Made by a program: the position numbers and the translations under genes. A stretch of DNA of 63,066 bases, counting the filler, from Choristocarpus tenellus KU-1152 (taxonomy: Eukaryota > Protista > Phaeophyceae), in assembly GCA_964200185.2 (NCBI GenBank). It is 10 parts of 10 records of this genome, joined end to end, with 100 filler letters (N's around TTAATTAATTAA, not from the genome) between each part and the next. Parts side by side here need not be neighbours in the genome. Positions count along the whole stretch, not along the records: positions 36,807 to 39,974 come from CAXNAD020021814.1; positions 40,075 to 44,041 come from CAXNAD020016873.1; positions 44,142 to 51,762 come from CAXNAD020005862.1; 7 more parts are not named here. One strand, written 5' to 3'. Every line of letters begins with the position of its first letter. Positions within the stretch are counted from its first letter, which is position 1. The notes under the pieces were generated by a model. The model saw nothing but the letters and a program-made list of their open reading frames with translations. It was not told the origin of the DNA and did no database searches. Shown here in pieces: positions 38,501-50,589 of the stretch.

Positions 38501-39319
38501 ATTTTTTCCTTATGAAAAATGAACAAGGACCGAACAAGGCTTTCATTTGCCTCAAATTGTCGATCACCGCACTACCGCGTGTCACTTCGAAGGCCAAACT
38601 TACACACAGAACCCACAGGTACGCATGCACATGACATGTACTACGAGTAGTACATTTGCTTGATCATCAATCTGAAACAGGTAGGCACAGACCCACTCGT
38701 CATGGACTACCACTTCTACGCATGTATAACTGATCCCTTAAGTACCAAGCAAGGCATATCCTCCCATATGACATTTCTCCTAATACTCCTCCGACCATAG
38801 GGTACCTCAATGATAGATATTCTCCTTCTCTTTTTCCCTTAACACAACCCCCACAATTTTACCTAGCCACAACCTCTCCGCTGTTCCTTCTCCTGGTCCT
38901 GGTCGAGCATGGTGGGTACTACCTTTTAGAGTTTCCCCTCCTCTTCTCCTCCCCACTGTTGTTATCCACACGTAGCATTGTGCCCTGCAGTACCCCATCC
39001 TGACCATAGAAGGTTGGCAAACTGATGGCCATACCACCCCCCCTTCTCTTCTACCCGGAGAAATATGTTTGATACCATAACTCTCTTCAAGACTAAGCGT
39101 CTGGTGTCGAAGGGGTTTGATCCTACCAAAACCGAACAAGGGAATACGACCATACTGTCCCTGATTATGAAAAACCGTCTGGTGTTATCGAAGGGGTTCA
39201 AACCCACTAAATTCATTAATGGAATAGCAAAATGGTTCAGCCGCCAACTCTATTCCAGTAACCACCACCGTGTGTCTCGTTTCGGTGTCGTTAAAACTGG
39301 GTGTCCAAAAAAACGTTCG

Positions 39320-39475
39320 GTGTAAAAACAACACTCGAAAATCATTCTCCATCTAACAGCATATTCCCAAAATTGAGGATGGAGGATACTATGGAGGATG
39401 GGTTTGACCCAAAATTGAGCGGGAAAAATTGTAGATATTTTTTTTGTAAATGTTGCAGCACTTTTTAAGGGCCCC
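39320..39475 (-). repeat. Dispersed repeat family C, copy 2
   Basis: Reverse-complement match to 12580-12726. The ORF track shows the shared pseudo-peptide P.KSAATFTKK and LHPQFW. Confidence 0.75.
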
Positions 39476-41493
39476 TTTTTGAATGGGATATATATATTGT
39501 CCAAAATTATTTCGGTGCTTGTGGAGGGCACCGAAACGATTTGGAAGCGACCTCGACCAAGCCAAAGGTATAAGGACAGACCGGCCCTCCCGGGAGGGAG
39601 CCGGTAACGGTTTTGGTATTCTTATATGTATGGTACACTATAGATTGTATTATACAGTACATACATACACACGTCTTCTTCTACTAGATACAAATATTTA
39701 TTCGAGTGTTATATGGTTTGTACAAGTAAGGGATTGATAGGTCACATCCACCAAAAAACTCACCAACCAAGTCCACAAAGAAGAACGAAAAGATGTTTCA
39801 CTCTATCCACACATGAAAAGCTTGTACTTCGTGTATATTTTTGGTTTTAATGGCTTTTATTATCGTGTAGTTATGGCACGCTTAGAAAGGAAGGTTGGTC
39901 ACAAAGGAGTTACTATGTTGAGAAGATCTCGTGATCATCTTTCACGTTAGAGGCGGTACATATGTACGTAGCGGNNNNNNNNNNNNNNNNNNNNNNNNNN
40001 NNNNNNNNNNNNNNNNNNTTAATTAATTAANNNNNNNNNNNNNNNNNNNNNNNNNNNNNNNNNNNNNNNNNNNNTGTGTTTGGCGCGCGCAATTGTATCT
40101 GACCGCGCGTCTTATACGTACAGTGTGACACTACCATGAAATTGTTGTAAACCGAAAAATAAAAAAGGTTGACAAGACCATACTTTCTTGGTCAAGATGA
40201 GGATCGAGCTCGTCTGCCGCTATCCCTGCGCGCTGTACGTTACGTTAAACGCCGGGCGTGTCGGAAGGGAAAAAAGACGACAGGACTTCTTCTTCGTGCA
40301 AGGTGATCAGGTGCGTACGACTCGAGGATGATGTATCCCGACCGCGACATGCCATCCTCTCTGGACCTGACTCGAAGCACAAAACATTTCTCTCTCTCCT
40401 TCTGTTGGTTTCCCCTGTCCCATTTGAAACGTGCCCACCCGATGCAGACATCACGCGATCAAAGGAGAGACATAGTCCAACCACCAAACGCTCCCATGCC
40501 TCCAAAGGGAACCAGAAGGTGAGTCCCACACCAGAAACGTACACCCTTTGCGCAGCTCATTTGGGAGCGTTTCTGAATGGCCAATATCGCAAACTCCATC
40601 ATGATTTGGCGCCTTTGACGGATGTTGCGACTTTCGTCCGTTCACATAGCATGTAGTAGCATGTGGGTGACATCATCGTGTACCCAAGCGGTTGTATGAC
40701 CCCGTAGTCACGGCCCCTAACCCAACCATTGACGCATAGCGTGCTGTACCCAACACGCCCATCCGAGGTCGAGCCTTCCTCGACAACCGGCTGTTCACGA
40801 TGTGTAACGTATCCCGCCAATTTATATGTACGCGTTCCTCTTGATAAAGAGTTCCAACATCTCCTGTATTCGACTTTGGTGAAAGCACAAACATGCCCCT
40901 CGCATTAGGAATTATCTCGTTATTGCTTTCTTAAAATGTATACCCCAAATTCGGGTTAGGTATAGACGATGTAGCTGTCCACCACGCTGCATCGATTCAC
41001 ACGAGATCGCCCGTACAAACAAACACGACACAGACTCGCTCCTAGTTACATTCCCTCCCGCACAATACTATGCAAAGTCGTAGCGATTAATACCCCATCG
41101 CGTTATGTAGCACGTTAGGCCAAGATTGGCGACGTGTGCGGTGTTGAAGAGTTTCCGACGTATCCACCCCTCATTGCGCTTTTTTCGGTCGTGAACAAAA
41201 CCACACGTCTCTACAAATGTTTATGTGTTCATTTTCATTTGGAGCCTGTACGAAGCAGCTGTCAATAGTGGTGTCATGAACGTTTTCAAATTCGATGCCC
41301 TGTATTTACTACCATAATAAGATTCGTGTACACACCAGCTGTCAGCAATGTTATCACCAACATTTTCAAATTCGATGCCCCTGTATATATGACCATTAGA
41401 ACCATGTACACACCAGCTGTCTCGAGTGGTATCACCAACATTTTCAAAGGAGATGCCCCTGTATCTATCACCATTAGAATTTTGTACACACCA

Positions 41494-41752
41494 GAATAAA
41501 AGTATCTCAGAGAGTACGAGCTTTTCCCTGTTTGTCCATTTGGGGCTTGGCTTCCCTCAAGGTTTTTTATGATATTTTGCTACTCCAAAATATTTTGGAG
41601 TAGGTACAATGTATACGTTGTGAAAAGGTGTGTCCGGAACAAGGATATTGACACTTCCTAACAAACACGATAGTCAAAATTACATCAAAATCGCAACATT
41701 GGATATTGGCCCCCAAATGGACACGGCCCTACCCTCTAAGATACTTTAGCTC
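41494..41752. mobile_element. MITE family B inserted in the satellite
   Basis: GAATAAAAGTATCT...AGATACTTTAGCTC; relative to the empty satellite unit, ACCA is duplicated. Confidence 0.9.
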
Positions 41753-43253
41753 ACCAGCTGTCAATAGTAGTGTCACCAACATTTTCAAATCCAATCCCCC
41801 TGTATTTATTACCATTAGAATCGCGTACACACCAGCTGTCAGCCATGGTATCACCAACATTTTCAAAGGAAATGCCCTGCATTCATCACCATTACAACCG
41901 TGCATACACCAGCTTTCACTAGTGGTATAACCAATATTTTCAAAGGAGATGCCCTGTATTTATCACCATTACAACCGTGTACACACCAGCTGTCACTACT
42001 AGTGGTATTACCAACATTGTCAAATTCGATTCCCCTGTATTTCTTATCATTAGAACCGTGCACACACCAGCTGTCAGCCGTGCTATCACCAACATTTTCA
42101 AATTCGATCCCCCTGTATTTTTTACCGTTAGAACTGTGAGCACACCAGCTATCTCTAGTGATATAACCAACATTCCCAAATTCGATGCCCTGTATTTATG
42201 ACCATTAGAACCGTGTACACACGAGCTGTCAACAGTGGTATCACCAACTTTTTCAAATGAGATGCCCCTGTATCTATCGCCATTAGAACCGTGTACACAT
42301 CAGCTGTCAGTCGTGGTGTCACCAACGTTTTCAAATCTGATGCCCTGTATTTATGAACATTACAACCGTGAACACACCAGCTGTCAGCCATGGTATCACC
42401 AACATTTTCAAATGAGATGCCCTGTATTTATGACCATTACAACCGTGTACACACCAGCTGTCAGTAGTGGTATAACCAACATTTCCAAATTCGATCCCCC
42501 TGTATTTTTTACCGTTAGAACCGTGTACACACCAGCTGTCAATAGTGTTATCACCAACATTTTCAAAGGAGATGCCCCCGTATTTATTACCATTACAACC
42601 GTGTACACACCAACTGTCAGTAGTGGTATCACCAATATTTTCAAATGAGATGCCCCTGTATTTCTTACTATTAGAACCGTGCACACACCAGCTGTCAGCC
42701 GTGGTATCACCAACATTTCCAAATCCGATGCCTCCGTATTATCACTATTAGAACCGTGAACACACCAGCTGTCAGTGGTGGTAAAGCCAACACTTTCAAA
42801 TTCGATCCCCCTGTATATATGACCATTACAACCGTGTACACACGACCTGTCAGTAGTGATATCACCAACAGTTTCAAATGAGATTCCCTGTATTTATCAC
42901 CATTACAACCATGTACATACCAGCTGTCAATAGTGGTATCACCAACATTTTCAACTTCGATGCCCCCATATTTATCACCATTACAACCGTGTACACACCA
43001 GCTGTCACTACTAGTGGTATTACCAACATTTTCAAATTCGATCCCCCTGTATTTATTACCATTACAACCATGCGCACACGAGCTGACAGCAATGGTATAA
43101 CCAACATTTCCAAAGGAGATGCCCTATATTTATCACCATTACAACCATGTACACACCAGCTGTCTCTAGTGGTATCATCAACGTTGTCAAATGAGATGCC
43201 CCCGTATTTATCACCATTAGAACCGTTAAAACACCAGCTGCCAATAATGGTAT

Positions 43254-43512
43254 GAGTGAAAGTATCTTAGAGGGTACGAGTTTTGCCCTGTTTGTCCATT
43301 TGGGGCTTGGCTTCCCATGGGTCCTTTTATGACGTTTTCATACTCCAAAATATTTTGGAGTAGGTAAAATATATATGTTATGGAAAGGTGTGTCCGAAAC
43401 ATAGATATTGGCACTTCCTAACAAACACCATAGCCAAAATTACATTAAAATATCAACATTGGATTTTGACCCCCAAATGGACGCGGCGCTACCCTCTAAG
43501 ATACTTTGGGTC
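43254..43512. mobile_element. MITE family B inserted in the satellite
   Basis: GAGTGAAAGTATCTTAGAGGGTA...TACCCTCTAAGATACTTTGGGTC; relative to the empty unit (GGTATCAC), TAT is duplicated. Confidence 0.9.
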
Positions 43513-43968
43513 TATCACTAACATTTTCAAATTCTATCCCCCTGTATTTCTTACCGTTAGAACTGTGAACACACCAGCTGTCTCTAGTGGTATAGCCAAC
43601 ATTTCCAAATTCGATGCCCTGTATTTATGAACATTACAACCGTGTACACACCAGCTGTCTCTAGTGGTATCATCAACATTTTCAAATGAGATGCCCCCGT
43701 ATTTATCACCATTAGAACCGTGAATACACCAACTGTCAGCCGTGGTATCACCAACATTTTCGACTCCAATGCCCTGTATTTATCACCATTGCAACCGTGT
43801 ACACACCAGCTGTCATTAGTGGAATGGCCAATATTTCCAGTTTCGATGCCCTGTATTTATGACCATTATAACCGTGTACACACCAGCTGTCTCTAGTGGT
43901 ATCATCAACATTTCCAAATGAGATGCCCTGTATTTATATCACCATTAGAACCGTGAACACCAAGTGTC

Positions 43969-44041
43969 GACTCAAAGTATCTGGGAGGGGGTGGCGGCTG
44001 TCCATTTGGGGTCAATTTTTTCGTGTCGCGATTTTTGGGTT
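43969..44041. mobile_element. MITE family A, partial at contig end (other partial ends at 22390-22413, 31345-31365, 36807-36858)
   Basis: GACTCAAAGTATCTGGGAGGGGGTGGCGGCTGTCCATTT is the reverse complement of the right end of 18282-18463. Confidence 0.8.
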
Positions 44042-44217
44042 NNNNNNNNNNNNNNNNNNNNNNNNNNNNNNNNNNNNNNNNNNNNTTAATTAATTAANNN
44101 NNNNNNNNNNNNNNNNNNNNNNNNNNNNNNNNNNNNNNNNNGAACACCAACTGCTATCTATTGCCCTCCTTCCCTTCCTCCCTCCCCCCCCCTCCCTCAT
44201 CCCGCCAGTCACCCCAC

Positions 44218-47200
44218 CTCCTCAACTTCCTCCTGCTTCTTTCTGAGAGCCTCCTCAGCAGCAGTGATCTTGACAGCCAATGATCTCCTCTGTTCTTCAC
44301 CTAAGAGGCGGTGTTCCTCTATTTCCAACAGAAACGATTGCTGCGTGAGTGGAAGATATATTGATAACACAGATCAAAAGGGGAAAAATATGCTCAGAGG
44401 TAATAAGTGTGCACGCAAAGGGACAGGGGCTTAGGTTTGGGTTTGGGTTTGGGTTTGGGTTTGGGGGTGGGGAGGAGAGGGTGATGAGAATCTTGTTCAG
44501 AAGATATGTAAGAGTACAATACGAACTCTTCTTACTTCTGCCCTCTCGAGATTAAGATTTTAAAGGTGTATATTTATATTTATATTTATATTTACCAGCA
44601 ATGAAAAACGTTCAGGGGCAGGGGGCACAGTAGAAAAGAAAAAGATGGCGGCGCGCACAGAATGTCCACTCTTAAAAAGTCACCATTGGCGAAGAGAGCG
44701 CGTTCACTCTACTACGAAGAGTAATGAAATCTCCTGCAATAAAAATATTACAAGGCAAGAGAAGGGGAAGGGAAGGGAGAGAGGAGGGATTTCAAATTAC
44801 GCCTTGCCTCTCGGGCCAAGGCAGCTTCCTTCTGTCTGGTCAATGCATCTGCTGTCGCCTTTAGCTCCTTCTCCTGGCCCACCAACCTTACAACAAACAA
44901 GGCAAACATTGACACACGCCAAGCAAAAAGATTAGAGACATGGCCATTCACATTGTGTATGGAGGGCAAAGGCAGCAGAATGGCAGTAGTTCCCCCTGTC
45001 CGTGCTTGAGCCTGATAAATAGCCTGATAAATAGTTTGAAGTGTTTGGATTCACAACTCTCTCTACATCAATTCCTTTGCACAATACACTGGCAATCTAA
45101 CCCATCTCTTCTGAACAGGCACCATTATTTGACATCGTAATAGTTGAAATACTCCGTAGGACATGCAAGCAAATTCAAACCTGAAGCAAGGGTTGAATGT
45201 GACATTAAATCAGCGCGCACCTCTACTTCAACCGTGTCAAATCATTTCTTGTCGCTTAACACTCCCATCACAAACTCTGCGAGGAAGCCAATTGATCTAA
45301 CGACATTATATCCGCACCAAGTAACACTATATACAGTACATTATACTATGCAGCTGCTTTTGTGAACCAACAGAACCTTCGGCTACTAGTAACTTTTTTT
45401 TATTACTCGGATTTAACTGTCGGCGCGCGATAATCCGCGCGCGAAAAGCGCGAAGTTTGCAGAGTTGGTTGTGGCGCCACAAGACAAAAATAACTCCAAG
45501 GCCTCCAGAGGTCTGTCTCAGCAGGAAGATAGATCCGAAGACATGAACCAGTGAACAGTGAAATGCGAAATGAGTTGCAGGTGTTGGAGTCTTGTGAGTT
45601 CTGTGACCTCTGACACATTCAGTAGTCAGCACTTTTCTTCTGCTTGTTTAGATGAGAACAATAATAAAAACAGTCGGTTCGCATTCTGTTTCGAATTGTA
45701 CACGTCATATTAAAAAAGGGTTCAAAAAATAATCAGCCAACACAAAATCTTTTAGGAGAAAACGGTAGAGTTGGAACACTTCTGGTTGTACTGTGGAAAA
45801 AGAACAGATAACTGAAATTTTTCAATTGAGTTATTTAGCTGATCTGATCCATTGAACTGATGCCAATTGAAACACTGCCATTCACAACATCATTCATAGT
45901 ACTGCTTAACAAACTACACACTACATACCTCTAGTATTACTGCCTATTATATTATACACCATACACACAAACTCAGTTATTTAGCTGATCTGATTCATAG
46001 AACTGAAGCCAGTTGAAGTGCTGCCATTCACAACATCATTCATAGTACTACTTAATATACTACACACTACATACCTAATAATACTAATTATATTATACAC
46101 CATACATGAAAACTACCCATCCCTCATCCATGCAATACTTGAAACAGGTTGGTGGGGTAGTATGGCAGTACGATGTAAGCCTTTAGATCATAGCGATTGA
46201 CTGTATCATTTAAACAGAGCTTCATATCCAATCATAACTAATAAACACCGGTTCTTAGTTGGGCACAGAGGTGTCAATTTCCCTATTGATAACGGCAGTT
46301 GATACGGTCTACAGATAAACCTTGCCCCGCCCCCCTTCATGCATACTAAATCCTAATATCACGCCTCTGTCAAACAAATGAAATTGCCCTACCCTTAACA
46401 AATACCCCACACTATATGTGCTGGGTATTGATATTGAGGAAGGGAATATAGAATGTTAAACTGCTCATCTTTGTTCCAATCTCATATTTTTCCCTTAAAT
46501 GGTGCCAAATTACTCCTCAAACGTCGGACTATAAGAAATTTTACCACACCTGACAAGCACCTAGTTAAAAACGTTGATCAATCGCCGAACAAAGATTCTC
46601 AGCACAGACTAGAATACTATTGTACACAAACAGACTTACACAAACATAAACAGACAGGTTCCACACTCGAGTCACCCCAATACAACCCAGCACTGCAGCT
46701 TTATATACCTCCCATAAAGGGCATAAGCACATATACAAGCAAATGACATCACAAGTTCTTCAAGGGCTTGGCAAGAGGCAGTACAATTGTCCTCATAGCT
46801 TGATGGTTTTAAGACCAGTGTTCCCTTGCAGAAACATTTTGGGTTCGAGACCGCTCAATAACAGACTTCTTTTCAGGGTAATATGATTTTGATAATCAAA
46901 ATTTCAAGTGGCACGCACTACACTCTGTGCACTTATCTTCTCCTGTCTGTCACTATACCCCACCACAACAAAAAAACTGAAACAAGGTATTAAGGTTTCA
47001 GTGGAAAGAGGTGCTCAGGCAACTACTGCACAGGAATTCAAAGAAGCAGGCGCAGTGGCAAGCAGTGGGATGGATGAACCCAACATGTGAGAAGCAGGAC
47101 ATGAACAAAGAAAAAAGTGCAATTACAATAGTGGTAGTGCAACAACTGTTTGTACATGAAGTGCTTCTGACCACAGATTAAGATTATCCCCAGGGTTAAG

Positions 47201-48676
47201 TGTATGTAATATAATAAAAATAAGGTTAATAATAGTACTTTCTCAAGACTGCATAGAACCTCCCATGTGTAGCGACCACGTACGTCAACATAGACACAGA
47301 TACATCTCTATCCTTTCACCAAAGTATATATATTTCATCTTCACCCCTACAGCATATAGTGTGAAGCTCCAAAAAGGCACATCAAGCACCAAAGAATTTC
47401 CCTCACCTATCCTCTGCATCCTCTAGCTCCAGGCTTAGCTCTTCAACCTCAGTAGTCAGGGACGCCACCTTCCCCTCCAGGGTTGAAACTGTCTTGGCAG
47501 TGTCAGCATTCACGCCAGATTTTGACCTCTGCGCACGATCCCCACGAGGAGACGGTTTCACCCGACTGATAAGTAGATGACCCAGCCCTTTCCCCTTGCC
47601 TTTGCTACTACTAGGAGATAGTTCATCCTTGAATACATCTTCCGTTCCCCCCTCAGCACTGCTCCCACCCTCTCCAACAATCCCTTTCGAGATCTTGATG
47701 CTACCATGATGCTCTACCTGGAGCCCACCGAATCTACCAGAAAGCGGAGATGGGATCGCTGATGATGATGTCGGTTGGGCATCTGCCCCTCTGCCCCCCT
47801 CAACATCCTCACTCGTTGACAGGCTTGGAGAATCATGGATGGTTCCTGAATGCGACGGGGTCTTCGCGTCTATTCCTGACACTGCCGACCCCTCTGATCC
47901 CGGTTTTGACAGAAGGCGAGGCTCTTCCAGGGTATCTCCTGTCACAGGGGCCTTCACCCCCTCAACCGACTTTATCGGCACCAGTGTTTCTTCTCCATCA
48001 GCACCCGCAGTTAGATTTCTTACGTCCCTTCTGACCTCTTCTTCGCCCTCAGTTCCGATCGCAGAGCCTTGCAAGCCGATCCTGGATGATGATTTACCGC
48101 CATAAAAAATTTCACCATCGATCACAGACTCGTCCGCGTCAACAGTGCTGTCGTCTCTAGCATCAGTTGTTGAATCTCTTTGAAGCCCTTCAGAGGCTTC
48201 CTCAGCCTGGTAAAGGGACACTTGGGCGGTCGGGGCAGGCGGACTTTCAGTTGCATGAGACACAGAAAGGACCGCTATTGAATCACCACCAGTTCCAGCT
48301 TCTGCGACGGCTGCAGTTTGTACGGTATCACTCAGAGGTTGGGCGGGGACATCCTGCTGTTCCTGTTGTTGGGTGCTTCGTCGCCGACGACGGCGCTCTG
48401 CTGCGGAGGACTTCTTATCTGAGACAAAATGACAGGTATTCGATTCGATGGACTGGTTAACCCCTTTCCATAGTCGCATTCGGTCCGATATTCTAGTTCC
48501 CTCAAAGAACTTGTGCCTCAGCCCAGGCCCTTTCCATCTGAAAATGACAGCTTCTTTGCATCATCCACACGGCTAACTAGAGATACAAATTCTCACTAAC
48601 CTTTGGCAAGCGCCTTGTTAGCCTGGTTGTCCACACCGTCCAGCAGTGAGGATGCGAAATTTAACCAATCACCCAT
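44218..48676 (-). CDS. Golgin-like (golgin-84/GOLGA5-type N-terminus) coiled-coil protein, 5' part
   Basis: Phase-consistent exons 48601-48676 (MGDWLNFASSLLDGVDNQANKALAK), 47407-48418 (long acidic low-complexity region ending in coiled coil LEGKVASLTTEVEELSLELEDAEDR), 44808-44886 and 44218-44340 (coiled coil). The N-terminal W...A..LL..VD..A pattern is golgin-84-like. The gene is solid; the family call is tentative. Confidence 0.65.
45829..46114. repeat. ~147-bp tandem duplication in an intron
   Basis: AGTTATTTAGCTGATCTGAT...CTGCCATTCACAACATCATTCATAGTACT...TATTATACACCATACA occurs twice. Confidence 0.85.
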
Positions 48677-49050
48677 CCTCTGTCTGGGATGGGGTGAAAG
48701 GGACAGTGGAAGGTGACTTAGATTACAATACCAAGTTACTGAGGGTTTCGATATCCAGGAGAAAGGATTTGTCAGATCATGAGAAGGATGGTGTGTAAGA
48801 ATATATACAATAATGATCAACTATATTACTACTTCCTTCTGTATTAATAAAATAGTTGATCTCTTAAAACCTCAAACCTTACCAACTACCAACTCATTTT
48901 ATACTCCTTACTCTCACTATATTATACAGTAGTAGTAGTAGTAGTAGTAGTAACAGTAGTAGCAGTATCACATCTCCTACCTTATTACACTACGAGTATT
49001 GTGTTCAATGAGGACTGGGGAGAAACAAGACTACTCAGGTCCTTTACCCA

Positions 49051-50589
49051 ATGCTTCGACGGAATGCTCCGTCACGGCAAGGTCAAACCACAGGATCCCA
49101 TAATGTAGCACCACTCAACCACCGGGAAAGGCTGACTAGTTCCAGTCTTTTGCCGGGTCTAAGGAGAAAGCGCTGTGTGTCCCCCACTGATGGCAATGCT
49201 GTTGAGTTGGTTCACAAGCCCAAGCGTTTGATCGTTCGCCAAAAAAAAGTGAAAGTCGTTCTTTCGAGTACTTCTTTGGAGCTAAGAAAGAAAACCGGCC
49301 AAGGAATAGTGGATGCTGCTATCGTGCCTGATTCAAGCGACGAGGTCGGGATCAATTTGATCGATGAAGAACGTAAGTGTAGTGACCCCAGCGAGAGTCA
49401 AAAGAATCAGGAAACTGATAATTTTGAGGAGGCCTCAGTGCAACAGTTCGAACCCCTTAGACCCTGTACTGGTGATGGACCGTTAAGCTTGGATAGTGAC
49501 TCGTGTGGAGACAAAACGGCAGAGGCGACGTCTCACAATGAAGTCAAAGTTGAACTCTCTGATCAGAGAGTTAAAGTTGGGGATAGGAAGGGCGCTTTGC
49601 CGCTATGTGAGAGGTCAGGCGAATGCTCCCTGCGGGTATCATCAGTACCAGGGGGCTCACTGCCTGCTCTACTGGAGACCTGCCCACACGAGTCACAAGG
49701 CGCATTGGAGACACATAACAAATTATGTTACATTGAGCAAGGACCAGTGGTTGGGTCGGAGGCTGTTCCTGACATGTTCCCCATGCGCAGTGGAACTGTT
49801 TCTTTCTCGAATCCGACCAACCGCAGTGTTGATTTTGTGGCTGGAGTCCCCATTGCTTCTGGGACTGCAACGATAACCAGTCCCAATCCCAGTCGAACTA
49901 GAACCATGGTGGCCCAAGGGAGAGAGAAGGGCCGTAACCGCATTGGTTTCGGTCCTGTAGGCTGCAGTCTAGGCACAGACACTAAATGCACTGATACTAC
50001 CACGGATACGGATACCCGCAAGGCCAATGATCTGCACATGGCCACAGGCCTGAGCATGAATGCAGGCCGCAATAGTAACAAGGGCGTATTCGTTAACCGT
50101 AAAGAGCGCGTGTGTCAGAAAGGCAGAAAGACAAATGGAGACAAGATTTCCAACCCAGCAACTGCTAGTTGCAATATCTCAAGAACTCTACTGACTGAGG
50201 TTGAAGGGAAGTCAGTCTCATGTGTACCCCAGGATGGGCAAAGGATGGACGAACAGAGTGCTGCCGCCAGCACCAACTGTAGAGACGGAGATGACTTTGG
50301 CGCCAGTGGCAGCTACAATACTCACACCGACAATGGCAGAAGAGCACCTCTTTGTTCCGAAAAAGCTAATGGAGTGAGTGGGGTACAGGGTCCAAGCACA
50401 AAGAAAAGATCAAGGAAATTGGGGCCTAAGAAGCCTTTGTTGGCTGCAGTGAAGGCTGAGGATCTCCGACCTTGTCCTTTCCCTGGTCGGGAGAAGGTAT
50501 CCTGGACCTGTGCAGAATGCGGAGGGGTCAAGCACCGACTCACAAGCCGCTCTGCTATGGAACCCTTACGAAGGGTTCATGGCTTCAAG
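49051..50589 (+). CDS. Hypothetical protein, long first exon (~513 aa; mostly disordered, basic NLS-like stretches, ending in a CxxC motif)
   Basis: 521-codon ORF starting with ATG, with elevated GC. RRKR and KKRSRK stretches; PCP...WTCAECGG near the end; probable donor AAG|GCAAGT at 50590. No downstream exon identified. Confidence 0.75.

Larger units (their letters stand above)
41246..43968. repeat. Tandem satellite, 77/78-bp unit (~28 copies), interrupted by MITEs
   Basis: Consensus GTGTACACACCAGCTGTCAGTAGTGGTATCACCAACATTTTCAAATTCGATGCCCCTGTATTTATCACCATTAGAACC repeated head-to-tail; copy number estimated from length. Confidence 0.95.

Noticed and set aside
40245-40894. Overlapping GC-richer ORFs upstream of the satellite
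   Set aside because: No recognisable motifs, ATG-led frame or consistent splice structure; left unannotated.
41246-43968. CRISPR-like array or repeat-protein gene (26-aa VYTPAVSSGITNIFKFDAPVFITIRT ORFs)
   Set aside because: No unique spacers and no cas genes; the whole unit repeats. Mixed 77/78-bp units shift frame and TGAGAT variants add stops, so the ORFs are artefacts.
48419-48479. ATG start of the 358-aa ORF (MRLWKG...)
   Set aside because: Phase analysis shows this part is intronic; the exon starts at 48418 and joins exon 48601-48676.
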